In this document: positions 28,273 to 35,101 of the stretch, in pieces
Position numbering within the stretch: the stretch's first letter is position 1
Layout: every line of letters begins with the position of its first letter
DNA from: a virus
Taxonomy: Duplodnaviria > Caudoviricetes
Virus record (IMG/VR): IMGVR_UViG_3300032295_003840
Location: 102,913-166,912 of that record
Strand: one strand, 5' to 3'
DNA: 64,000 nt
Notes under the pieces: generated by a model
What the model was told of the DNA's origin: nothing
Databases searched by the model: none
What the model saw: the letters and a program-made list of their open reading frames with translations, nothing else
Position numbers and translations under genes: made by a program

Positions 28273-28849
28273 AGATTTCTTTGAATACCGCAGCATCAAA
28301 TTTTAAAAATGGTCGGTACTTGCGAATCATTCTGCTGGTATCGGGCCATAAAAAAGTCTTGCTCATAGTCTGATCATAGTCAGCACAGAAGCCCAGCAGG
28401 GTGTCCAGTATCACCAGAGTCTCCAGACAGATGTGCTTGCCCAGATAGGCTCGCAGTATCAGTGGATGACGACCCTCGGTAAAGCTGGTCAGATCGCATT
28501 GTTCTTCTTCGGACATGGTCTGTAGCTTGTCCAGGTCCTGTGAAAATATGTATCTCAGACTCTCAATGCGACGCTGCCAGTTCTTGTATTCACGATGTGC
28601 ATTGACATCAAATACTCCGCCCCAGTGATCGCCCGCTGTAAAGTTGGCCACCATGAAGTCACAGACTTCCTTGTCCTTGTACTGGCCAACAAGTTTTCGT
28701 AGTTCAAAACTCTTGCCTGACCCTACAAAGTTTTTATAGCTGGCTCGTATGTGACCGCGCTGTTCTATGACATTATACTTCTCAGTCTGAAAGTGCGCCT
28801 TCAAAGCCAGGTACATCTTGTAGGCTTCATAGTCTGTCATGTTCATCAT
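28244..28849 (-). CDS. gp59: Helicase loader gp59
   Basis: YKMYLALKAHF, F.VANF, W.RRIESLRYIF..DL, HPLIL..YLG..I.LETLVILD, KYRPFL. Confidence 0.92.
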   Translation of the reverse strand: MMNMTDYEAYKMYLALKAHFQTEKYNVIEQRGHIRASYKNFVGSGKSFELRKLVGQYKDKEVCDFMVANFTAGDHWGGVFDVNAHREYKNWQRRIESLRYIFSQDLDKLQTMSEEEQCDLTSFTEGRHPLILRAYLGKHICLETLVILDTLLGFCADYDQTMSKTFLWPDTSRMIRKYRPFLKFDAAVFKEIYDQRIYNNS

Positions 28850-29199
28850 AGCGGTAGTCGGGCGCTGCGGCGCATTAAGTTGGCTTCTTCGGCTTCGGAA
28901 CGAATACGTTCTTTCAGCACCTGATTGATCAGAGGAGCCACGGCTTCAATGTCTATGTCCTTTTCTGTGCAGTAGTTGATGATGGTGTCCATGCAACTAA
29001 TCTGGTCCAGACGTGACTGAGCCTGCACCCAGGCACTGAATTCATTGGCACTGCTGAATTCTCGGGTAATAACATATTCATTGGTCAGCGTTTCACCCTG
29101 TGGGTCCACGGTCTTGTTGACCTTGACCTCACCATTGGGTCCGGTGAGTACCAGACCCAAGGTGCTTTGACTACGAATACGATCATTGATGCCACTCAT
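28846..29199 (-). CDS. gp33: Late transcription coactivator gp33
   Basis: MDTIINYCTEKDIDIEAVAPLINQVLKERIRSEAEEANL..SARLPL; synteny gp33-gp59-gp32. Confidence 0.88.
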   Translation of the reverse strand: MSGINDRIRSQSTLGLVLTGPNGEVKVNKTVDPQGETLTNEYVITREFSSANEFSAWVQAQSRLDQISCMDTIINYCTEKDIDIEAVAPLINQVLKERIRSEAEEANLMRRSARLPL

Positions 29200-30122
29200 T
29201 ATGCCACCCGGGCTTCAGGTACAGATCCACTAAAGCCTGCAGGCGCTGCTGGCACAGGCTGTGGTTGCATCCACTGAGCTGTGGCCAACAGGTCACAGAC
29301 ATACTCATAGGTACCAACGTGTACTGTCTTGGTCCAGGGAGCCAGGAATACCTGACCACCGATCTCACGCCAGCGCTTGCAGAAGGTAAAGTCTTCTGAG
29401 GTATAGGCCCGTGTAGCTGCATCGATGCTGACATCAAAGTAGGCATGAGACTCGCGCGGAGCATCGGCAGTGCGTGTCATGGTCTTGGGATCCATGGTCT
29501 CGGACCCACCACTGATGATCTTGATGTCGGGCAGCTTGTCTGCCATCTCAGCAAACACTCGACGATTGATCAGCATCATGCCAGTGGCAATGCTTTCTAC
29601 TTCCACAGGCTCATTGACATTGAAGGTCAGACTGTCACCCACGGGCTTGAAGGTTGATTCCGCAATCACAGCATTGATGGCATGCGGAGGAATATCAGGA
29701 CGAGTAGCAACCACGTGCTTTACCGCATCCCAGTTCATTTTCTTCTTGGCATACTGTCCACCAATCAGATCCTTGTCGGCATGAATCATGCGAATAATAT
29801 CATCGCCATCAAAGCCCAGGTCGGCGTCCAGGAACAACATGTGAGTGCACTGACTGCGAAGGAAGCCTTCTACCAGAATATTACGAGCCTTGGTAATCAG
29901 GCTCTCATTGGCTGCTACTTCGAACATGGCAGGAATGCCAGCCTGACTTAGCTTGGTCAGCAGATTGATCAGGCTAATCATGTACATGTAATTGCAGTTG
30001 CCGCCAAACATCGGAGTAGCAATAAACACCGATTTTTGTCTGGGCGGCTCGGCCTGTCGATTGATGAACAGGGGGTTGACTTTGCTTTGCGCCTTGACTG
30101 GCGGCTTGAGTTTATTACTCAT
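29199..30122 (-). CDS. Putative GT-A fold glycosyltransferase-like protein
   Basis: IATPMFGG, ESLITKARN, THMLFLDADLGF (DxD), ATGMMLI.R, SEDFTFC.RW, H.G. Confidence 0.7.
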   Translation of the reverse strand: MSNKLKPPVKAQSKVNPLFINRQAEPPRQKSVFIATPMFGGNCNYMYMISLINLLTKLSQAGIPAMFEVAANESLITKARNILVEGFLRSQCTHMLFLDADLGFDGDDIIRMIHADKDLIGGQYAKKKMNWDAVKHVVATRPDIPPHAINAVIAESTFKPVGDSLTFNVNEPVEVESIATGMMLINRRVFAEMADKLPDIKIISGGSETMDPKTMTRTADAPRESHAYFDVSIDAATRAYTSEDFTFCKRWREIGGQVFLAPWTKTVHVGTYEYVCDLLATAQWMQPQPVPAAPAGFSGSVPEARVA

Positions 30123-30185
30123 GTTGAATCATTCTCCGTTTCAGTTTAAATAATACAGTTCAAGTTCACTGCACTTGTATATATC

Positions 30186-30214
30186 AGTATAAGGCAATTT
30201 TTTCAAGGTGTCAA
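30186..30214 (-). promoter_or_regulatory. Sigma70-type promoter for the GT-gp33-gp59-gp32 unit
   Basis: TTGACA-N17-TATACT. Confidence 0.75.
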
Positions 30215-30768
30215 TAGAATATATGGTTACCAATCTTGGCCTTGGGTTGTTTATTCCAACCAGGACTGACATAGGTAGCATGAAAGTACTTGGCACCCTG
30301 TAGTTCAGGCAGTCTGACACCATCGATCAATACTTTGCGAGCCACACGCAGACTCTCTTCATAGAGATGTGGTGCACGTATATGCAGCTTGCCTTCGCAG
30401 ACCCAGCTAAACTGACATACGGTCTGACCTTCATAGTGAGTCTTCTGATGCACTACGCCGCAGATCGATGCTGGAAACTGACCACTGTGTACACGGTTCA
30501 GCGTTACCTGAGCCACGGCAATCTTGCCTTTGATGGGTTCGCTGGCACTTTCAAAATAGATGTTGCGAGCCAGGCAGGTTAGTTCGCGATTGAGCTTGGC
30601 TTGTTCAATCTTGGCTCGCTGTTGTTCCATGGCAATGCGTGCGCTCTCACGAGCCTGCAGTTCACGAGCCTGAGCCTGTGTCTGATGCAGTATACTGGCG
30701 CCAGCAACAACAGTTGATACCAAAGTGGCTGCTACAAAAATTCTACGAACAATGTGTTTGTTCAGCAT
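30211..30768 (-). CDS. Cell wall hydrolase, SleB/Hydrolase_2 family, with N-terminal signal/anchor
   Basis: CLARNIYFES, AVAQVTLNRV, FPASICGVVHQ, CQFSW, YFHATYVSPGW, IGNHIFY. Confidence 0.93.
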   Translation of the reverse strand: MLNKHIVRRIFVAATLVSTVVAGASILHQTQAQARELQARESARIAMEQQRAKIEQAKLNRELTCLARNIYFESASEPIKGKIAVAQVTLNRVHSGQFPASICGVVHQKTHYEGQTVCQFSWVCEGKLHIRAPHLYEESLRVARKVLIDGVRLPELQGAKYFHATYVSPGWNKQPKAKIGNHIFY

Positions 30769-30786
30769 TAATGTTCTCCTTGTTAA

Positions 30787-30810
30787 GATGGTGCGCCGAA
30801 GCGCACCGTC
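30787..30810 (-). promoter_or_regulatory. cUUCGg hairpin immediately 5' of the hydrolase RBS
   Basis: GACGGTGCGC-TTCG-GCGCACCATC followed by TTAACAAGGAG; no U-tract. Confidence 0.6.
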
Positions 30811-30815
30811 CCCCG

Positions 30816-31085
30816 TCAGGCAGATTTTTTGCTTACTTTATCTGTGGGTGTATTGGAAACGAAACCATTCAAGGACTGTGCCTTGTTGATGATGTCGGTT
30901 TCTGAGGGGTAAGATGGAAATGCAGGATGCTCTGGAATGGATTGCCCATTGAGTTTGGCTACATCGACCTTGACGTGCCATTCCTGCTGTAGACGATCTT
31001 TTGCGGAATAATATTCTTCCATCAAAAGCTCTTTCGCCATTTTTAGAAGTTCAAGGCGAATCTCGAACGGTGTCAGATTAGACAT
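30816..31085 (-). CDS. Small phage hypothetical protein
   Basis: MSNLTPFEIRLELLKMAKELL...P.YP.E.DII.KA..LNGFVS, a pattern I recognise from T4-like phages. Confidence 0.85.
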   Translation of the reverse strand: MSNLTPFEIRLELLKMAKELLMEEYYSAKDRLQQEWHVKVDVAKLNGQSIPEHPAFPSYPSETDIINKAQSLNGFVSNTPTDKVSKKSA

Positions 31086-31116
31086 GGTGCTACCTTTCTG
31101 TGTTGTGAGTGATGTG

Positions 31117-31145
31117 CGCTGGTTTTATGCAGCTCCAGCAACTGC
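31117..31145 (-). promoter_or_regulatory. Predicted compact H-type RNA pseudoknot in the 5' leader of 30816..31085
   Basis: GCAGTTGCTGGAGCTGCATAAAACCAGCG: stem 1 GCAGU/GCUGC, stem 2 (U)GCUGG/CCAGC(G), AUAAAA linker. Confidence 0.55.
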
Positions 31146-31175
31146 TATTATTATATATCTATACTAAACTGTCAA

Positions 31176-31250
31176 TTAGCGATTTGCGATATACATGGTG
31201 ATTTCAAAACCAAAACGCATATCCTGAGCTGAGGGTGTGGTCCACTTCAT
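31176..31250 (-). CDS. pqqA: Pyrroloquinoline quinone precursor peptide PqqA (24 aa)
   Basis: Hand translation MKWTTPSAQDMRFGFEITMYIANR*: W-x-x-P leader, RFGFE and the E-x-x-x-Y core; AGGAGA RBS upstream. Below the ORF-track size cut-off. Confidence 0.95.
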   Translation of the reverse strand: MKWTTPSAQDMRFGFEITMYIANR

Positions 31251-31334
31251 GATGTTTCTCCTAGGTTATGCAGGCAAGTGCCTACATTATATCTATGCCG
31301 CAGGCCGCTACAGAAAAACATTAAAATTGCCTAA

Positions 31335-32054
31335 TTACTTCCAATACCGATCATGATCCAGACTGTTCCAGTGCTTGGCATTGTTGCGATTTAAAAAGTT
31401 TTTAATTAAATACCAGGCCATGCCAAAGTATCCCATCTGTTGAAATCTACGACTATCCTGACCAAAATAGTGCGGCATCAGTCTGAATTTTTTCACATCA
31501 TACATCTTTGAAAGAAAAAAGTCTTCGCTGGTTGTATATTTGTTTGAAAACCCACCCAACTCCTGAAATTTATCGCGCCGTGTCAGCATGAATGCACCCA
31601 CGGCAAAGGGTGTCCAGTGTTTCATTACACTGTTGACTGCATTGAATATCATGAATGCCAGCTGTGCTTTCACGCTACCGTCATAGCATTTTATATACAG
31701 TCCAATTAAATCCAAATTGTGCTGTTCAATTTCACGTACACAATCGGCAATGGTTGTCGTTGAAAAGAATCTTACATCGCTGTCAATGAATAAAATATAG
31801 GGCGTGGTTGCAAGTCTGGCGCCGTTGTTCTTGGCCACAGAAACTGCACCACCTTGGATGACTTCTATGTTTAAATTTTTACCGTGCTGACGTATGACAT
31901 CGCGCGTACCATCCGTGGATGCATCGGCAACAATGATTTTAGTGTTGCCCAGGCCCTGCAGTTTTAAATGATCCAAAAGATGGCCTATGTAGTTTTCTTC
32001 GTTTTTACACGGAACTACAATGGTTATTTTATCTTCTAATTTGATTTCTGGCAT
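31335..32054 (-). CDS. Glycosyltransferase family 2
   Basis: TIVVPCKNEE, IIVADASTDGT, AKNNGA, ILFIDSD, GGF..SEDF. Confidence 0.92.
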   Translation of the reverse strand: MPEIKLEDKITIVVPCKNEENYIGHLLDHLKLQGLGNTKIIVADASTDGTRDVIRQHGKNLNIEVIQGGAVSVAKNNGARLATTPYILFIDSDVRFFSTTTIADCVREIEQHNLDLIGLYIKCYDGSVKAQLAFMIFNAVNSVMKHWTPFAVGAFMLTRRDKFQELGGFSNKYTTSEDFFLSKMYDVKKFRLMPHYFGQDSRRFQQMGYFGMAWYLIKNFLNRNNAKHWNSLDHDRYWK

Positions 32055-32209
32055 CGGCCTTCTACCTTAAAGGCATCAAATTTCAAGGAATATGTCATGG
32101 TCTGCAGAACTTGTTCACACTGTTGTTGTGTCTGAAACTGCAGCGTGATCCGACCTGGTATGTCCCTTGGATCGTTTATGTGGACGGCCATCAATATCAT
32201 CAGCCACAT
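32036..32209 (-). CDS. Small hypothetical protein (57 aa, hydrophobic N-terminus, two Cys)
   Basis: Hand translation MWLMILMAVHINDPRDIPGRITLQFQTQQQCEQVLQTMTYSLKFDAFKVEGRCQKSN*; overlaps the non-conserved tail of the upstream gene; AGGAG upstream. Confidence 0.65.
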   Translation of the reverse strand: MWLMILMAVHINDPRDIPGRITLQFQTQQQCEQVLQTMTYSLKFDAFKVEGRCQKSN

Positions 32210-32960
32210 CGTCTTTCTCCTGTGTCCAAGTTATGATTTCCCAATGTCCATCATGATGTTCCACCAGTGCAGAACAACTTTCAACCCAGTCACCGTCATT
32301 CATGTATACAACACCATCTATTTCTTTGATCTCTGCATGATGTATGTGACCACAGATCACTCCATGGAACCCACGTTTCTTGCAGTAGCCTGCTAGGTTT
32401 TGTTCAAATTGAAAAATAAAGTCTATGGCCTTTTTTACGCGGTGCTTAAGAAAACCGCTAAGGCTAAAATAACCAATACCAAATCTATGTAGGATCCAAT
32501 TAAATTTATTATTAACTGATAAGATGCAATCATATGCTCGATCTCCTAAAAAACTTAGCCAGGGTGCTAGTCTTGTGATACCATCAAATAAATCTCCGTG
32601 TATTACCAAATAACGTCTACCGTCTGTGCCAACATGCTCGCATTGATTGGTCATTTCCACCATGCCAAAATTTAAATTATATTGCAAGAACGGTCTAAAA
32701 AATTCATCGTGATTGCCCAACACGTAGATTACACGAGTGTCGCGTTTGGCATGGCCCAGTATGCGTCGAACAACATTGGTATGACTCTGCTTCCAGCGCC
32801 ATTTGTTTTGTTTTATCTTCCAGCCGTCGATGATGTCGCCTACAAGATACAGAGTCTTGCAGGTATTGTGCTTGAGAAAATTATTTAAAGCTTCGGCTTT
32901 GCAGTCCTTGGTGCCGAGATGAACGTCGGAAATAAAGATGCTGCGATAGGTTTTTTGCAT
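32115..32960 (-). CDS. plcP: PlcP-type (LpxH2-like) metallophosphoesterase / phospholipase C
   Basis: ISDVHLG, LVGDIIDGW, GNHDE, IHGDLFD, LGDRAYD, GVICGHIHH, GDWVESCSALVE..G.WEIITW; collinear with PlcP as I recall it; has GNHD rather than the GNRD of enteric LpxH. Confidence 0.8.
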   Translation of the reverse strand: MQKTYRSIFISDVHLGTKDCKAEALNNFLKHNTCKTLYLVGDIIDGWKIKQNKWRWKQSHTNVVRRILGHAKRDTRVIYVLGNHDEFFRPFLQYNLNFGMVEMTNQCEHVGTDGRRYLVIHGDLFDGITRLAPWLSFLGDRAYDCILSVNNKFNWILHRFGIGYFSLSGFLKHRVKKAIDFIFQFEQNLAGYCKKRGFHGVICGHIHHAEIKEIDGVVYMNDGDWVESCSALVEHHDGHWEIITWTQEKDDVADDIDGRPHKRSKGHTRSDHAAVSDTTTV

Positions 32961-32995
32961 GTTATTGTTATAGTAATCAGTAATATTTATTGATC

Positions 32996-33023
32996 GCAGT
33001 ATTACCGTTCAATTACCATTACA
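32996..33023 (-). promoter_or_regulatory. 11-bp-period direct repeat (Pho-box/OmpR-family-like) upstream of plcP
   Basis: TGTAAT-GGTAATTGAAC-GGTAATACTGC; GGTAAT at 33017-33012 and 33006-33001, then ATAAATA 10 nt after the second hexamer. Confidence 0.4.
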
Positions 33024-33024
33024 A

Positions 33025-33333
33025 ATAAAAATGCCGGGTTATTCTGTTACGAGGAAACCCGACGAAACCCTAAGCAGCGTTTAGGCTGCTAATGCATAAC
33101 TTTCGTCATTTGCATTTACTTGTTTTGCTTGATTTACGGTCATCGCCTACCGTGTTGTCCATATCCTTACTCATTGCCCTGTCGAAACCATGTCTGGCCC
33201 ATCAGAAGCATATTCTGTCGTCGTTTTTGCTACGCAGGTAACGACCAAGACCTCAAAGAATATGCTTTTGGTGGACCAGGCGGGAGTCGAACCCGCGTCC
33301 AGAACACCTTTCATTCTACTTCATACAACAATA
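33025..33333 (-). ncRNA. ssrA: Circularly permuted (two-piece) tmRNA
   Basis: The acceptor piece with T-arm GCGGG-TTCGACT-CCCGC and CTGGTCC-A-CCA (ends 33269) comes first. A 68 nt intervening segment follows. The coding piece starts GGGCCAG (33200); the 7 bp acceptor stem has G3:U70. Tag ORF 33113-33081 = ANDESYALAA*. Outer ends approximate. Confidence 0.93.
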
Positions 33334-33340
33334 TCTTTAT

Positions 33341-33775
33341 TTATGGATTTTCTGCGTCAAAGGCATCCAGTGCTTTCTTGAAGCGACCAGCATGACTGCG
33401 TTCTGCCTTGGCCAGGGTCTCAAACCAGTCGGCAATCTCGTCAAATCCTTCGTCACGCGCTGTCTTGGCCATGCCTGGATACATGTCGGTGTACTCATGA
33501 GTCTCACCTTCGATGGCGCTGTGCAGTGCTTCCTTCACAGTCTTGGCTGCCAGACCAGTGCCTGGATCGCCATGACCGCCTTCGATCAGATACTCCATGT
33601 GTCCATGTGCATGACCAGTTTCGCCTTCGGCTGTGCTGCGAAACAGTGCTGCCACATCAGGAGCGCCCATGACGTCGCAGGTGTTGGCAAAATACAGATA
33701 GCGACGATTGGCCATGCTCTCGCCTGCAAAGGCTTCTTTCAGACATTCCGCGGTGCGGGTACCTTTTAAATTCAT
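33341..33775 (-). CDS. Rubrerythrin (short form, no rubredoxin domain)
   Basis: [48 protein letters not shown]. Confidence 0.95.
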   Translation of the reverse strand: MNLKGTRTAECLKEAFAGESMANRRYLYFANTCDVMGAPDVAALFRSTAEGETGHAHGHMEYLIEGGHGDPGTGLAAKTVKEALHSAIEGETHEYTDMYPGMAKTARDEGFDEIADWFETLAKAERSHAGRFKKALDAFDAENP

Positions 33776-33783
33776 AACAACTC

Positions 33784-34368
33784 CTACTCGTAGTGTAAAT
33801 AGCCACCGATGATGTACTTGTCATTGCTTATGGGTGGCAGTCCAGCATGCAAGTATTGCCAGGTCACAGGGAACATGATTAACCGTCCCTGTCGGGGTTT
33901 AATGGCCAAAGGTTTCTCCAGCCGATAAAAAACTGTTTCACCGCCCTCGTCTACATCGTTCAGATACCAGAAATATACTAAAAATCTACGACTGGTCTGC
34001 AGATCCCAGACATCATTGTGAGGGCGAAACTGTTCGTCAGTGCCCTTGAGATAACGTTTCATGCGTATCTCTTCCCAACTGTGTTTTGGATTGATCATTA
34101 AATCGTTGATGCCGCAGTCTAACCAGTATTGACGACGATATTCCAGAGCCAATTTCATTATGGGTTCCAAAAACCAGTCAGCCTGTACAATGTTGACTTC
34201 TGTGAACTGCATGACATCGTTACGTCGTTCTATGTGATGAGCTGTATCTGACTCAAATCTTAGCTGCAGTTCATGACATAGTTCAACTGGCATGCTGTTG
34301 TCATAGACACGAACATATTCACTCAAGTTCATGTTGCGATGTAATTTACTATAATTGTCTTGTGTCAT
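33784..34368 (-). CDS. 2OG-Fe(II) oxygenase
   Basis: HND (HxD), WYLNDVDEGGET, GRLIMFP, YLHAG, KYI. Confidence 0.92.
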   Translation of the reverse strand: MTQDNYSKLHRNMNLSEYVRVYDNSMPVELCHELQLRFESDTAHHIERRNDVMQFTEVNIVQADWFLEPIMKLALEYRRQYWLDCGINDLMINPKHSWEEIRMKRYLKGTDEQFRPHNDVWDLQTSRRFLVYFWYLNDVDEGGETVFYRLEKPLAIKPRQGRLIMFPVTWQYLHAGLPPISNDKYIIGGYLHYE

Positions 34369-34395
34369 AATCCTACCTGAAGCGGGTACACGTAC

Positions 34396-34424
34396 ATTGT
34401 AGACTAACTGTCTATGGTTGTCAA
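34396..34424 (-). promoter_or_regulatory. Sigma70-type promoter at the head of the accessory island
   Basis: TTGACA-N17-TACAAT. Confidence 0.72.
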
Positions 34425-35099
34425 TAGGTTGTTCTTCGTTTCATAGCTGTTGCGCCAGAACAACAATTCCTTGGTCCAGTTGTCACGGCGTTCAATAAAC
34501 ACCTGTGGCTCGGGTTCTTCCTCCACGCTGACCAACACTACTAGCTGCGTTATGGGTATGAAGGTCAGTTCTTCATACATGATGGCATAGGCAGCGCACT
34601 GCATGAAGTAGGTGGAGATCCAGTCCTTTTGCTTGGGGCGTGTGCTGGTCTTGAAGTCTATGACGCTGAGCCGACCGTTGTATTCGGCTATGCAGTCCAC
34701 AGTACCAGCTAGCCGCAGATGATGACTAAACAGTCGGGTTTCCTGAACATGAACATTGTTGATCTGATCCAGCTGAGGACGCAGATTACCGAACATCTCC
34801 TGTATCAGAGGAGAGTCCAATTTTACTGGTTGATTTTTTAGATAGTGTTCTGCAGCATTGTGCAGGCTGGTGCCACGACCAGCAGCCACACGACTAATGG
34901 TGTTGGCTGTTTCTGGTCCAACACGATTGCGCCATTGCTGTATGGCCTGCCGACCTTTTTCTGCCAGCACAGTTGTCACACTGGGATAACGTTGGCCCGA
35001 TGGTGTGTTATAAAATCTAACTCCATCGGGCGCTGTATATTGCTCAAGCACGGGCAATGGTCTTTTTCCCAGACCAAAGCCCACATGATTAAATGTCAT
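34404..35099 (-). CDS. PD-(D/E)XK exonuclease
   Basis: YPSVTTVL, RGTSLH, AGTVDCIAEY, IDFKTS, YFMQ..AYA. Confidence 0.9.
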   Translation of the reverse strand: MTFNHVGFGLGKRPLPVLEQYTAPDGVRFYNTPSGQRYPSVTTVLAEKGRQAIQQWRNRVGPETANTISRVAAGRGTSLHNAAEHYLKNQPVKLDSPLIQEMFGNLRPQLDQINNVHVQETRLFSHHLRLAGTVDCIAEYNGRLSVIDFKTSTRPKQKDWISTYFMQCAAYAIMYEELTFIPITQLVVLVSVEEEPEPQVFIERRDNWTKELLFWRNSYETKNNLLTTIDS

Positions 35100-35101
35100 T
35101 T

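Noticed and set aside
31117-31145. preQ1-I riboswitch
   Set aside because: Similar topology and A-rich linker, but the conserved loop sequence is missing and the downstream gene is unrelated to queuosine.
32115-32960. LpxH of lipid A biosynthesis
   Set aside because: The GNHD motif and C-terminal GDWVES pattern fit the PlcP/LpxH2 group better.
33269-33300. Apparent tRNA 3' half (T-arm plus CCA)
   Set aside because: No D-arm or anticodon arm upstream. Its pairing partner lies downstream together with a tag ORF, so it is part of a permuted tmRNA.
34404-35099. Cas4-like nuclease suggesting CRISPR
   Set aside because: No repeat-spacer array or cas genes seen, and no Fe-S cysteine set; ordinary phage exonuclease.
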